The position numbers and the translations under genes are program-made. A stretch of 64,000 nucleotides of DNA from an uncultured Prochlorococcus sp. Its GTDB lineage: Bacteria > Cyanobacteriota > Cyanobacteriia > PCC-6307 > Cyanobiaceae. The stretch covers positions 3,266 to 67,265 of the forward strand of contig CACKJL010000001.1 in the NCBI GenBank assembly GCA_902600395.1. The letters are read 5' to 3'. The number at the start of each line of letters is the position of its first letter. Position 1 is the stretch's first letter. The notes below the pieces were generated by a model that was not told where the DNA came from, ran no database searches, and worked only from the letters and a program-made list of their open reading frames with translations. Of this stretch, positions 32,833-44,094 are shown one piece after another.

Positions 32833-34920
32833 ATGGATACCTCAATTTTTAAATATGGAGAATTACCTGAATTTAAAAAATTTACTCCCGAAAACTTAAG
32901 TAAGCAATTTCCAGTTGTACTACAAGAGATAACTGAAGAATTTAAAAAAATAGAGAAAAATTTATCTAATTATTTAATTCAAAATGATTTAAATTGGGAT
33001 AATGTAATAAATCCTTTAAATGAAGTCAATGAAATTCTTAGATGGAGTTGGGGAGTAATAAGTCACCTTAATGCTGTAAATAATTCTGAAAGTTTAAGAG
33101 ATATATATTCAAAATTTCTTCCAGAGATTATTAGCTTGAGTAATAAATTTGGGCAAAGCAAAATAATTTACAACTCTTTAGTCAAGCTTAAAGAGACAAA
33201 TAACTTTGATCAAATAAAAAACAGAATTTTAGATAAAGAAATTCTTGAGATGCAACATAAAGGAATTTCCCTACAAAAAAATGATCAAGAAGAATTTAAC
33301 AAAATTTCCGAAAAACTTGGGAAGCTGTCAACCGAATTCAGTAACAATGTTCTTGATGCCACTAACGAATGGTTTTTGATATTAAAGAAAAAATCTGAAG
33401 TCGATGGTCTTCCTGAACGAGTACTTGAATTGATGGCAATTTCTGCTCACAATCACCTAAAAAAAGGTGCAGAAGTTGATATCAAAAATGGGCCTTGGAA
33501 ATTAAGTCTAGATATTCCAACATATACTTCATTTATGACATTTGCGACTAACCGTAACCTTAGAGAAAAACTATATAAGGCATTTGTCGGTAGAGCATCT
33601 CAAGGAGAAAAAAATAATTCTCAAATCATTGAAGATATATTATCTCTAAGAACTAAACAGGCTAATCTTCTTGGTTACAAAAGTTGGGCGGAACTAAGTT
33701 TGTCAACGAAAATGGCGAAAGAAATTAAAAATGTTGAAAATCTTTTAGAAGAATTGAGAGAACCCGCATTCAAAACCGCAAAAATTGAATTAGAAACGCT
33801 TGAAAAGTTTTCTAAAGATAATGGTTTTCCTAAATCCCAGAATATTGAGCCATGGGATATTAGTTATTGGTCTGAACTCCTTAGAAAGGAAAAGCTCAAT
33901 TTGGATCAAGAGTCTTTAAGACCATGGTTCCCACTAAATGATGTTTTGAAAGGTTTATTTAAACTAAGTGAAAAGCTTTTTGAAATTAAAGTTGTCGAGG
34001 CAACCGATGAGGCACCTCTTTGGAATGATGACGTTTTATTTTTTAATATCCTCAATAAAGAAGATAACAAAATAGCGTCCTTTTACCTCGATCCATATTC
34101 GAGGCCTGAATCAAAGAGAGGAGGGGCTTGGATGGATGAATGTTTGAATAAAAACAATGTTGGCAAAAAGACCCTTCCTGTAGCTTATCTCGTTTGTAAT
34201 CAGACCCCACCATCAAAAGATAAACCGAGTTTAATGAGTTTTGAAGAAGTTCAGACACTCTTCCATGAATTTGGTCATGGTCTTCAACACATGCTTACCA
34301 CTGTAAATTTTCCTCAAGCAGCTGGAATCAACAACGTTGAATGGGATGCGGTCGAACTTCCAAGTCAATTTATGGAAAACTGGTGTTTTCATAAAAATAC
34401 TCTTATGAATATTGCTAAGCACTATAAAACTGGAGAAAAACTATCCGACGAGAATTTTGAGAAACTCCTAAAGAATAGAACTTTTAATTGCGGAATGGCA
34501 ACTCTTAGACAACTACATTTTGCAATTACAGACCTCAGATTGCACAGTAGTATTGATAAAAACAAAGATAAAACAGCAGATGAGATAAGAAGAGAAATTG
34601 CAAAACAAACTACTGTTATTGAACCCATTCAAGAAGATCAATTTCTTTGTTGTTTTAGTCATATATTCGCAGGCGGATATTCTGCAGGATATTACTCATA
34701 TAAATGGGCTGAAGTACTAAGTGCCGATGCATTTTCAATGTTTGAAGAAGCTGATCTAGAAAACTCTGAAGATTTAAAGTTAATAGGGAAAAAATTCAAA
34801 GATACAATACTTAGCTTAGGTGGGAGCTTATCTCCTTTAGACATATTCAAACTATTCAGGGGCAGAGAGCCACAAACAGATTCCTTAATAAGACACTTAG
34901 GCTTATCTGGTGCTACATAA
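32833..34920 (+). CDS. prlC: Oligopeptidase A (M3 metallopeptidase)
   Basis: FHEFGH, DAVELPSQ and HIFAGGYSAGYYSY motifs. Confidence 0.93.
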   Translation: MDTSIFKYGELPEFKKFTPENLSKQFPVVLQEITEEFKKIEKNLSNYLIQNDLNWDNVINPLNEVNEILRWSWGVISHLNAVNNSESLRDIYSKFLPEIISLSNKFGQSKIIYNSLVKLKETNNFDQIKNRILDKEILEMQHKGISLQKNDQEEFNKISEKLGKLSTEFSNNVLDATNEWFLILKKKSEVDGLPERVLELMAISAHNHLKKGAEVDIKNGPWKLSLDIPTYTSFMTFATNRNLREKLYKAFVGRASQGEKNNSQIIEDILSLRTKQANLLGYKSWAELSLSTKMAKEIKNVENLLEELREPAFKTAKIELETLEKFSKDNGFPKSQNIEPWDISYWSELLRKEKLNLDQESLRPWFPLNDVLKGLFKLSEKLFEIKVVEATDEAPLWNDDVLFFNILNKEDNKIASFYLDPYSRPESKRGGAWMDECLNKNNVGKKTLPVAYLVCNQTPPSKDKPSLMSFEEVQTLFHEFGHGLQHMLTTVNFPQAAGINNVEWDAVELPSQFMENWCFHKNTLMNIAKHYKTGEKLSDENFEKLLKNRTFNCGMATLRQLHFAITDLRLHSSIDKNKDKTADEIRREIAKQTTVIEPIQEDQFLCCFSHIFAGGYSAGYYSYKWAEVLSADAFSMFEEADLENSEDLKLIGKKFKDTILSLGGSLSPLDIFKLFRGREPQTDSLIRHLGLSGAT

Positions 34921-35506
34921 TAATTTCATCGATTATTTTATCAACCGCAGATTTATTTCTTATAAGATTTCTATGTTTATATACTTTTACTGATATTTTT
35001 TTCCCAAAATTTAAATTTGTCCACCATCCAGGAAAAACCATCAAATCCCAATAAGTAAAGAAATTTATACACTCAATTTCATTAAGAAAAAAATCATTAT
35101 TCTCGAGTCCTCTCAAAAACTTACTATTTATTTTCATTTCTGATATTCCTTTAAAAGGGTATTTGGGTATTAATTGAGCCGTCAAAGTTCCTTTATGAGG
35201 GGAACCTATAGTTATTAATCTTCTTGTTCTTTTATATCCATTATATTTTTGAAGCCAGTGCCTACCAATTACTCCTCCCATAGAAAATCCCAAAATATCT
35301 ATTTCTTTTTCTAAACCGTATTTCTCTAAAATTAATTCGTTTAATTTATTAGTCAAATCAAGAATTGAAGTCATTCCATATGAATGCTCAAGAGTTGGGG
35401 CAAAATATTCAATGCCAATATCATCAAGTTTTAGGGTAATAGAAGAAAAAATACTTGAAGTATTCCAAAGACCATGAATCAATATGATAGGATTTATTTT
35501 CTCCAA
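34913..35506 (-). CDS. Esterase/lipase family alpha/beta hydrolase
   Basis: LIHGLW, GFSMGG and IGSPHKGT motifs; probable TTG start at 35506 just after the folB stop. Confidence 0.85.
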   Translation of the reverse strand: MEKINPIILIHGLWNTSSIFSSITLKLDDIGIEYFAPTLEHSYGMTSILDLTNKLNELILEKYGLEKEIDILGFSMGGVIGRHWLQKYNGYKRTRRLITIGSPHKGTLTAQLIPKYPFKGISEMKINSKFLRGLENNDFFLNEIECINFFTYWDLMVFPGWWTNLNFGKKISVKVYKHRNLIRNKSAVDKIIDEIIM

Positions 35507-35510
35507 TACT

Positions 35511-35873
35511 TTAATTATTTTCAAGAATTCTTACTATTGAAACCTTTCCATCAAAACCCGTGATTGGAGGATTGCATTTTGTCAAAATAATCTTAATTTT
35601 AGAAAGCTTGAATTCCTGATCAATGATTTCTAAAATTGCCTTGGAATATTTTTCGATTGTATAACAATATATTTTCTTTGATTGATCTTTTAAAATTTGA
35701 ACTAATTTTGAATAGTCAACTGTTTTTTGAATATCATCGTTAACTGTACATTTTTCAAAATCAGTCCACAAAAATATATCTAAAATAAACAGTTGTCCTG
35801 ATTCCCTTTCTTCATCAAGCACGCCAACCCTAGCCCAAAGTTTAATATTCTCAATTTTTAAAAAAGTTTCCAT
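35511..35873 (-). CDS. folB: Dihydroneopterin aldolase
   Basis: GV.DEER..GQ, TVDYS, TIE and K..PP motifs. Confidence 0.9.
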   Translation of the reverse strand: METFLKIENIKLWARVGVLDEERESGQLFILDIFLWTDFEKCTVNDDIQKTVDYSKLVQILKDQSKKIYCYTIEKYSKAILEIIDQEFKLSKIKIILTKCNPPITGFDGKVSIVRILENN

Positions 35874-35884
35874 CTTTAAAAGTT

Positions 35885-37195
35885 TTAAAGATCTTTATGT
35901 GTATAGATAGCCTTTCCTGATGAATAATCATCAACTATATTCCCATCACCTTCTAGGAAATATTTATAAGTGACCAAACCTTCAAGACCTACAGGTCCCC
36001 TTGGTGGAAGAGTTTGAGTAGAGATACCAACTTCAGCTCCGAATCCATATCTAAACCCATCTGCAAACCTAGTAGAGCAATTATGAAAAACACCTGCACT
36101 ATCAACTACATTCATAAATTTATTAGCAGTATTTGAATTTTCAGTAATTATTCCATCTGTATGTTTTGAACTATATTTTTGAATATGTGTGATTGCTTCC
36201 TCGAGATCATCAACAATTTTTATCGATAAAATTAAATCCAAATATTCAGTTTTCCAATCTTCTAGACTAGCCTCATACTTTAACCCTAATTCAACTGATC
36301 TCTTATCTCCAATTAATTTAACATCATTAGAATTAAACAAAGGGATGGCCTTTTCTAAAAAAGCTGGTGCGATATCTTTATGGACTAATAAAGTTTCGAT
36401 AGCATTACATGCTGCAGGATATTGAATTTTGCTATCCAAAGCGACTGATAAAGCCATCTCTAGATTTGCCTCAATATCTATAAACAAATGACAAATTCCA
36501 TCCGCATGTCCTAGAACAGGAATTCTTGTATTTTCCTGAATAAATTTAACTAATTCATTACTTCCTCTTGGAATTATTAAATTAATGTATTGCTCAAGAT
36601 TTAACATCGCCATGCTATCTTTTCTGCTTGTTAGTAAACATATTGCATTTTTATCAAGACCTGATTCATTTAAACCTTCTTGCAATGCCTTAACTATTGC
36701 TGTATTTGTTAAATTAGCTTCACTACCACCTTTTAGGATTACTCCATTACCTGATCTTATTGCTAATGAACTAATCTGCATCACGGCATCTGGCCTTGAT
36801 TCAAAAATAACCCCCAAGACTCCAATTGGCACAGTTTTTCTTTCTAATTTCAATCCCTTTGAAAGCTCTCTTTTAATTTGAACTTGATTTACAGGATCAG
36901 CTAAGTCTCCAACTTTTCTTACTCCTTCAATTCCTGAATTTAATTTTGACTTTGATAACTTTAATCTAGAAAGTAAAGCCCTAGAAATACCCTTTTTTTG
37001 TGCACTTGAATAATCCGCATTGTTAGCCTCTAATATTTCTTTAGAATTTTTTTCTAGATAATCAGCCATAAAATTTAAGGCTTTAATTCGATTTTGATTT
37101 TCAGTCTGACTTATTTCTATTGATGCCAAACGAACTTTATTAGCTTTTTCTAAAAGATCATTACCTGGTTGAGGAACTTCAAAGATATTATCCAT
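35885..37195 (-). CDS. proA: Gamma-glutamyl phosphate reductase
   Basis: IFESRP, IPRGS, ACNAIE and STRFADG.RYGFGAEVGIST motifs. Confidence 0.96.
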   Translation of the reverse strand: MDNIFEVPQPGNDLLEKANKVRLASIEISQTENQNRIKALNFMADYLEKNSKEILEANNADYSSAQKKGISRALLSRLKLSKSKLNSGIEGVRKVGDLADPVNQVQIKRELSKGLKLERKTVPIGVLGVIFESRPDAVMQISSLAIRSGNGVILKGGSEANLTNTAIVKALQEGLNESGLDKNAICLLTSRKDSMAMLNLEQYINLIIPRGSNELVKFIQENTRIPVLGHADGICHLFIDIEANLEMALSVALDSKIQYPAACNAIETLLVHKDIAPAFLEKAIPLFNSNDVKLIGDKRSVELGLKYEASLEDWKTEYLDLILSIKIVDDLEEAITHIQKYSSKHTDGIITENSNTANKFMNVVDSAGVFHNCSTRFADGFRYGFGAEVGISTQTLPPRGPVGLEGLVTYKYFLEGDGNIVDDYSSGKAIYTHKDL

Positions 37196-37261
37196 AATAT
37201 TTTTTAGTTAATTTAATAATAATTCAAATTAAAGATTCTTTAAAGTAAATTTCTTTCTAAG

Positions 37262-40200
37262 TTAATATCTAAAAAATAACTGAACTTGACTTTTCCAATC
37301 CCCATTGGAATCATAAGAACCTAATAATTCTAAGTTTGGATTTGCCTGAAAAGTCAAAATTCCTAAAGGGGAAATATCATCTCTACCTGGAACGGTTTGA
37401 AAGGCAAAATTTATCGCATCAGTAATATCAAGCCCTATTTCGGCTACCCAAGCTTGAGAAGAAAATTCCTCACTAGAAGATGATTGATCATCATTTTCTA
37501 TATCTAAATTTTCATTGGAAAAAATATTATTTAATGAATCATTATTTTCTATTAACGCTGGATATAAAGAAAACTGAAATCTTTCACTAAATGCATCAGC
37601 ATTATTAAGTTGAGAAATAAATGCTCTATTTATTAAATTTGCAGAGTTACCTCCAATTAAACCAATTATTTGTGATCTGTTGTAACTTGGCGTGCTCCTT
37701 AATTGGATTCTTCTATTTTCATCCGCGAAAGATAATTGATCTAAAAATCCTTCATAAGATGCTTCAATTTTGATAAGCCTACTATTACCGATTCCAAATG
37801 CACCATAACCACTTGAACTAGCGTCGACAGCAACATCACCCGAGACATTTAAATCCTGATTGTTTTCACTTATAGGTATTATAGAATCTGGAACTTTACT
37901 GACTAAAGAAAAATTTATAAATGGAACCACGCCACTTCTTGATGCAAATAAAATATAATTGTCTTTATTTTTATTAAGTTTAAACGGGGTAGTATATAGA
38001 TTTGCTCTACCTTTCTTAAGATAAATAAGACCTCTAGCATTTAAATCTTTTCCTACCTTGCCATTTATAGTAAGGTCTAATTTGGTATCTAAATAAGCTT
38101 GAATTATCTCTGAATATTGAAGTTTAAATTCTGGTCCAAGTTTTAATTTAAGATTATTAAAACTCAAATTATCTAGATAATTAGGCAAAGTTTCTCCTAA
38201 AAGAACTGAATTCAAAATTGTTTCATTTGATATTATTTCAATATTTTTTTTATTATTCCAATATAATTCTGGCCAATCTTTTTTATCCTCTTTTCGTATG
38301 AGATCATTTTCTTTTTTGTTATTTTGATTGGTGCTATTAAAATTAATAAATCCATTATTAAAAGATAGAGAGCCTCCCAAAACAGGACTTTCAAATGATC
38401 CACTTAAATCGATATCTGAATCTATTAAAAAATTAAAATTATCTTTTTCTAAATTAAATCTATTTATTTTCAAATTAATTTTTGCCTTGTCGGAATTATT
38501 CTTACTATAAAAAGGCAAAGACCCTTTAATAAAAATTTCCCCGGAATCTTCAGTCTTTGCTTTTAGATTATTGATCTCTAAAGAATCAAAATCAAAAATT
38601 ATTATGCTATTAATATCTTTTATTATATTTTTGAAAAAATCAATTTCAGAATCGTTAATTACGATAAATCCATTTAATAAAGGTTTATTTAAGGTACCTT
38701 TTAGAATCATTCTAAGATTCACATCGCCTTCTCTAAAGGTAAAGTATTCATCAGCAAAAATATCTATTAACTCAATAAATTTTCCATTCCCAATTAATCT
38801 TAGATCTAATTTATTTGATTTATTTATAGGTATTGAGCCTTCAATATTAATTGGAATTTCAGAATCATTTATTAGAATGGAAAAATCAATTTCAAAAATA
38901 GAATTATCAAATTCAACAAGTCCTTTATCAAATATTATTGTATTATTTTTAATTGATGAATTATTGGAAGAAATTTCACTAGACAAAGATTTTTTATCAA
39001 GATCATAAAATAAATTAATATCTAACCCTCCAAGAAAATCTCTTGGTTTATTTAAAAATATATTTGCAGTACTTAATGGTAATTTATTTATTCTTAAAGA
39101 ACCTTTCCCCGTTAATAATCCGCCTTCCAAATCAATAGAAAATTCCTCTTTGTTATTCTTGTAGTCATCTTTGGGTATATCAAGATAGCCATTTAATTTT
39201 GCATTCAATTTATAATTGACTGGGCTATCGCCCTGAATAGTAATTTTTCCATTGTATCTACTTCTAAATTTATTTAAATATTTTTGCAAATTTAATTTGT
39301 CCTCTAGCACATTACTATTTTCAATAAAGTTATTTATAAAATCGATCCTCTCTTTAAATGATTTATTATGATTGTTTATTTCCAAATCATCCAAAATATT
39401 CGATTTGCTTATAGGAATAACTTTTTTATTATCAAAGTTAAAAATATCAACAGCGGTAAGAATAGTCCAACTAGTACTTACATTCGTGAATTCTGAATTA
39501 ATAAAATTATTTTTATTTGAATCATATTCGACTTCAATTACTCCTCCATCAATTGGATACAATGAAGAATTTATATAAAAATAATTATTTTCGAAGCTGA
39601 AATCAAATAATGAATTCGCTAGATTAATATTTCTATATTTACCTAAACTCCAAGCAAGTCGCCCAACAAGGGATGACTGGTCTGAAGAAATTGATCCTTC
39701 ACCATTAATTATTCCATCGATTTTATCAAATTGATTTTTGTTTAGAGATAATTCAAGTTCATCAAGAGGGAAATTATCCGCTCGCCAGTTATAACTATCT
39801 TTCTCTTTGACTATACCTACAGTCCCTTTATTTGAGTTAAAAACTCTTATAAAATTTGCATAATCTAGTTTAAAATCAGAATCAAATTTAATTGAAAGAA
39901 ATGAAGGAATTGGAGAATATCTATTTTTCATATTTAGCAGAAATTCATTATTTTCATTTTTAATATCTCCCTCCCATGTTTCTCTAATACGGATACCTTT
40001 AAAGTGCGGATAATCAACATTAAAGTTTATAGAAATATCAGGATCAGTAATTTTTCCTTTTAATTCTCCTTTAGCAGTAATGAAACCCCTTATATCATTT
40101 TTTCGGAAAATATTTAAATTAGATAATTGTGTTCTATTTATTTTGAAACTAGTATCTATATCACCAAAATTAATACCTCTTCTATCAAACCAGTAGGGAA

Positions 40201-41221
40201 CATTACCCGATAATTTAATATCTGGATTCAGGCTATTAACGTATCCAATACTTCCTATTAAATTAATATTATTAGAACTTTTATTAAATGGTACATAGAG
40301 ATTAAAATTCGAAGTCAAAGTTCCATAATTTAATTTTTCTGTATTTCCAATTAAATTATTATCTCTACAAAAAAACCTAGTTGAATCTGAATTTATATTC
40401 TCTGCGAAATCTTCTGGATTTATTTTTAAATTAGTAAAAGAAAATCTCCCTTCACAAAATGTACGCTTTGATGATTTATTAAATTTAAAATTAGATTTAA
40501 AGATACCTTTTTTAAATCTAATTTTTCTATTACCAATAATATATTCAGAATTCTCAAGATCTAAACCTTTAGAAAATAAATCCAGTTTTAAAAAATCTTG
40601 ATTTAAATTTGTATTAAATTTTAATTTTAAAAAACCTTTTTTATCAAAATTTGATTTTACATTTGCAATTATTTGTCTATTTCTTGACTTGTAAATAACA
40701 TTACCTTTTACTTTTGTTTTTAATCCTGCTTTATTAAACTTCAGATCTGAATATTTATTTAAGTTAAAGTTCAATTCATACTTTGATTGTGATTTTTTTG
40801 TAATTCGGTCATCTTTATAAGATTCGTCCCTTTTAAAAAAATCTCTATCTATATTGATAGCTGCTTTCTTAGGACTTATTTTTACAATCCATTTTTGTTT
40901 TAAAAAAGATCTAAAAGGCATAATGCCCACATATACATTTTTGGCTGTAATTTCAGAATCTATATTTTTTTTATCATTAATTTTTGAATTACCCAAAGAA
41001 ATACCAAGAAATCTGATCCCGACATAATCACCTAAATCAACATTTTTATCTAAAAGATTCTCAATACTTTTTTCTAGTTCTAATTTTCTAGAACTATAAG
41101 TCTCTTTTAAAAAGTTATTTAATAAAAAAGTGCCTAAAAAACCTATAGGTAAAAGCATCCCTACCAAAAGAATCTTAGTATTTAAATTTAGAGATCTAAT
41201 TTTTTTCAAGTTAGAGCCCAA
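37262..41221 (-). CDS. TamB-like translocation/assembly module protein
   Basis: 1319 aa; N-terminal TM anchor; beta-rich body; conserved C-terminus (L.STP...I..L.GG, ending VQLFFRY). Confidence 0.8.
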   Translation of the reverse strand: MGSNLKKIRSLNLNTKILLVGMLLPIGFLGTFLLNNFLKETYSSRKLELEKSIENLLDKNVDLGDYVGIRFLGISLGNSKINDKKNIDSEITAKNVYVGIMPFRSFLKQKWIVKISPKKAAINIDRDFFKRDESYKDDRITKKSQSKYELNFNLNKYSDLKFNKAGLKTKVKGNVIYKSRNRQIIANVKSNFDKKGFLKLKFNTNLNQDFLKLDLFSKGLDLENSEYIIGNRKIRFKKGIFKSNFKFNKSSKRTFCEGRFSFTNLKINPEDFAENINSDSTRFFCRDNNLIGNTEKLNYGTLTSNFNLYVPFNKSSNNINLIGSIGYVNSLNPDIKLSGNVPYWFDRRGINFGDIDTSFKINRTQLSNLNIFRKNDIRGFITAKGELKGKITDPDISINFNVDYPHFKGIRIRETWEGDIKNENNEFLLNMKNRYSPIPSFLSIKFDSDFKLDYANFIRVFNSNKGTVGIVKEKDSYNWRADNFPLDELELSLNKNQFDKIDGIINGEGSISSDQSSLVGRLAWSLGKYRNINLANSLFDFSFENNYFYINSSLYPIDGGVIEVEYDSNKNNFINSEFTNVSTSWTILTAVDIFNFDNKKVIPISKSNILDDLEINNHNKSFKERIDFINNFIENSNVLEDKLNLQKYLNKFRSRYNGKITIQGDSPVNYKLNAKLNGYLDIPKDDYKNNKEEFSIDLEGGLLTGKGSLRINKLPLSTANIFLNKPRDFLGGLDINLFYDLDKKSLSSEISSNNSSIKNNTIIFDKGLVEFDNSIFEIDFSILINDSEIPINIEGSIPINKSNKLDLRLIGNGKFIELIDIFADEYFTFREGDVNLRMILKGTLNKPLLNGFIVINDSEIDFFKNIIKDINSIIIFDFDSLEINNLKAKTEDSGEIFIKGSLPFYSKNNSDKAKINLKINRFNLEKDNFNFLIDSDIDLSGSFESPVLGGSLSFNNGFINFNSTNQNNKKENDLIRKEDKKDWPELYWNNKKNIEIISNETILNSVLLGETLPNYLDNLSFNNLKLKLGPEFKLQYSEIIQAYLDTKLDLTINGKVGKDLNARGLIYLKKGRANLYTTPFKLNKNKDNYILFASRSGVVPFINFSLVSKVPDSIIPISENNQDLNVSGDVAVDASSSGYGAFGIGNSRLIKIEASYEGFLDQLSFADENRRIQLRSTPSYNRSQIIGLIGGNSANLINRAFISQLNNADAFSERFQFSLYPALIENNDSLNNIFSNENLDIENDDQSSSSEEFSSQAWVAEIGLDITDAINFAFQTVPGRDDISPLGILTFQANPNLELLGSYDSNGDWKSQVQLFFRY

Positions 41222-41273
41222 AAATAGAGTAGGCTTACAAAATATAAGAAATTAATCAGGTCAAAGCCACTAA

Positions 41274-41717
41274 ATGTCTTTTTTTGAACTATTAGAGAAC
41301 ACACCCAAAATTTTTGGATTCTTTGGAATATTTCTTTTCATTTGCACAATAGCAGCCTTTATATTTAATTTTGGTTTTAAATTTCGAATAATTGGAGCAA
41401 CTATTTTTTCATTATTGCTTTCTTTGAGTAGTTGGGCATTTATACAAAGTTACTCCGAAAAGGTTGTAATAGAGGGTGCAAAATATGTTCCAATTGTTTA
41501 TGACAATGGGTTCGATTTGATTATTGCTAAAGCAGATGATAACTTTCCAGAAGAATCTATCAAACCAACTTTAGAACAATTATCGGAAAACTTAAGGAAA
41601 GGTAGCAGATCTGGTGCGAATGTAAAAATCAAGATAAGAAAACTTGTAAAAATTTCAGATAGTGTAAGTAAACCAGTGGTTATTGGAGAAGTTCAGAAAA
41701 ATGTCAAAATGAATTAG
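41274..41717 (+). CDS. ycf51: Ycf51 (DUF2518) family protein
   Basis: Two N-terminal TM helices, FRIIG.T.F, VYDNG and TLEQ...NL motifs. Confidence 0.82.
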   Translation: MSFFELLENTPKIFGFFGIFLFICTIAAFIFNFGFKFRIIGATIFSLLLSLSSWAFIQSYSEKVVIEGAKYVPIVYDNGFDLIIAKADDNFPEESIKPTLEQLSENLRKGSRSGANVKIKIRKLVKISDSVSKPVVIGEVQKNVKMN

Positions 41718-41728
41718 TATTTTAAATA

Positions 41729-42148
41729 ATGGAAAGTAAAACTTTTTTAGATTTTTTGCCAACTAATTTTAGACATGAGAAATCTTTTTTTATTCAAAAT
41801 AATCTATCCGACTTTGAAAAATTAAGTAATCTTTCGGACTTAGATATAAATGAGATTCAAAGAAAATCTTCACTTTGTACATTGAATAATCTAAAGAAAA
41901 TTAGAGTTATAGCTATTTTTAAAAAAGAAATTGGAATTTCTCCACCGCAAGCATATCTGCTTTTACATTGCGGTATATCTTCTATAAAATCATTATCACT
42001 ATCTACTCCTTACGAATTAAAACGCAAAATTGGTAGATTAGAAAGAACTCTTAGAGTAAAAACTGAAACAGATACAACTTTTATTCTCTTGAAAGAATGG
42101 ATTAAAAAAGCTAGTCAAATCGACAAATCTATTGGGAATCCTGGATAA
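41729..42148 (+). CDS. DUF4332-family (helix-hairpin-helix-like) protein
   Basis: GISPPQAYLLLHCGISS and C-terminal WI..A pattern. Confidence 0.75.
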   Translation: MESKTFLDFLPTNFRHEKSFFIQNNLSDFEKLSNLSDLDINEIQRKSSLCTLNNLKKIRVIAIFKKEIGISPPQAYLLLHCGISSIKSLSLSTPYELKRKIGRLERTLRVKTETDTTFILLKEWIKKASQIDKSIGNPG

Positions 42149-42188
42149 AAAAACTTTTTAATGTAGAATTTAAGAAAAGATAGTGATA

Positions 42189-42455
42189 ATGAAACCTTTG
42201 TTATTTGTTTTATTTTTGTTTTTCAACTCTTTATACCCTGTTTTAAGTCAATCTAACTTATTGGAAACTGTAAAAAAGAATCCAAACGAAGCTAGGAATT
42301 TATGTAAAAAGTTTAGAGAGTTTAATTCCAAAGGTATTTCAGCTAGTTCAGATCAAGCTATAGAGTATGTATCAAACAAAAAAAAGTTAACTCCCGTTAA
42401 CGCAGAGATCTTTTCTATTTACGTTATTGGGCTGCACTGCCCAGATATTATCTAA
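42189..42455 (+). CDS. Small exported hypothetical protein with two Cys
   Basis: Signal-peptide-like N-terminus; NLCKKF...YVIGLHCPD. Confidence 0.7.
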   Translation: MKPLLFVLFLFFNSLYPVLSQSNLLETVKKNPNEARNLCKKFREFNSKGISASSDQAIEYVSNKKKLTPVNAEIFSIYVIGLHCPDII

Positions 42456-42462
42456 AGCCTAA

Positions 42463-44043
42463 ATGTCTGGTTCAAGATGGTTTGACAAGTCTCTAGTACT
42501 CAGAGATGGAGTAAGACTTATATCAAGGATTTGGGTACCTAATAGTAATGGGCAATGGCCTGCGTTATTAATGAGGCAACCATATGGCAGAGAAATAGCT
42601 TCAACTATTACCTATTCTCACCCAGAATGGTGGGCAAGCAAGGGGTATATGGTAATAATTCAAGATGTTAGAGGTATGGGTTCTTCTGAAGGAGTTTTTA
42701 ATGGTTTCTCTCAAGAAGCTAGCGACACTTCAGAAACACATGAATGGGTAAGGTCTCTAAAAGAATGTAATGGAAAACTTGGCTTATATGGTTTTTCATA
42801 TCAAGGATTTACTCAACTAACTGGTGAATTAAATTCAAAGCCGCCAGATTGTTTATCTCCAGCAATGACTGGGATGAATATTAAGGATCATTGGTGCTCA
42901 GATGGAGGAGCATATTGGTGGCATAACAATATTGCATGGGGACTTCAAATCGCAGCACTAAAAATGAAAAGAGAAAATAAATTGTTTGAGTGGGAAAAGA
43001 TAAGATTAGCCTTAGAAAATAAAAGTTATTTAAGGGAAGGAGTTGATACTTTAAGTAAATATGATCCTAATAGCTTTGTTTTGGAATGGCTTAAAAATTT
43101 AAATAATTCTCGCCCATTTGAAGAATTTAAACCAATTTCAACATGGATTAAACAACCTATGTTAATTATTGGAGGACTTTGGGATCCACATTTAAAAGGT
43201 GCCTTTGATCTTTATAAAAAATCTAAAGAAGCTGGTGGAAGCCCAGAGATTATTATTGGGAATGCGACACATCTAAATTGGTGGGAGGGATCACAAGAAT
43301 CTTTATTAAAATTTTTTGATAAACATTTAAAATCAGATGAAAAATTTAATTCTAATAATTTTAAAAACGAGAAAAAAATATGGAATATTTCATTAAATAA
43401 ATGGGAAGAATTAGATAATAAATTCCACCCTGAATTTACTTTTGGACTCAAAAGCGATGGCACAGCAAATGTAAAGGTTGAAGATGGAAGTCTGACCATA
43501 AATTCAAAAGGATCAGGATGGTTCACAATTGTTAATGACCCATGGAGACCTACTCCATCTGACGGTGGGCATTTAGGTCCAAATCCAGGAAAGTTTAATA
43601 GAAGTATTATTGATAAACGCCTAGATGTAGGTGTTTTTCAAACCAATTCTTTTGAAGAGGATCAATATTTAAGAGGAGTTCCCACATTAGAAATACAAGT
43701 AAAAAGTGATCAGCCCAATTTCGATATCTGCCTTGCTTTATCTCTAGTTGAAGAAGGGAATGAAAAGGTGAATCAATTTTCAACGGGATTCTTAAGGGTT
43801 AAAAACTCCAACATAAGTGAAAAATGCATTTATCAAATAACAATGCAGCCAACAAATATTTGTTTGATTAAAGATAGCAAGCTTCGCTTATCTATATCTG
43901 CATCAGCTTATCCCGCTATTGGAGTTAATCCTGGATTTGGGGAGAAAAATGTTGGAGCGCCTTCAGCAAATCATAGAGTTATCACTCTTAGTTTTAGCCT
44001 TAGTAAAACATTTATGAAAATGACCCCTTTTTTTTATAAATAA
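42463..44043 (+). CDS. CocE/NonD-family (S15) hydrolase
   Basis: RDGVRL, RQPYG, QDVRG.G.SEG and GFSYQG motifs. Confidence 0.9.
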   Translation: MSGSRWFDKSLVLRDGVRLISRIWVPNSNGQWPALLMRQPYGREIASTITYSHPEWWASKGYMVIIQDVRGMGSSEGVFNGFSQEASDTSETHEWVRSLKECNGKLGLYGFSYQGFTQLTGELNSKPPDCLSPAMTGMNIKDHWCSDGGAYWWHNNIAWGLQIAALKMKRENKLFEWEKIRLALENKSYLREGVDTLSKYDPNSFVLEWLKNLNNSRPFEEFKPISTWIKQPMLIIGGLWDPHLKGAFDLYKKSKEAGGSPEIIIGNATHLNWWEGSQESLLKFFDKHLKSDEKFNSNNFKNEKKIWNISLNKWEELDNKFHPEFTFGLKSDGTANVKVEDGSLTINSKGSGWFTIVNDPWRPTPSDGGHLGPNPGKFNRSIIDKRLDVGVFQTNSFEEDQYLRGVPTLEIQVKSDQPNFDICLALSLVEEGNEKVNQFSTGFLRVKNSNISEKCIYQITMQPTNICLIKDSKLRLSISASAYPAIGVNPGFGEKNVGAPSANHRVITLSFSLSKTFMKMTPFFYK

Positions 44044-44094
44044 TTCTTTTTTGGTTAATCATTTGATATTATTAATCCTTAATATCTACCAGTC

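Noticed and set aside
37262-41221. Very low-GC, Asn/Lys-rich 4-kb gene as a possible foreign insert
   Set aside because: It has TamB-like architecture in a core neighbourhood; fast evolution under AT bias explains the composition
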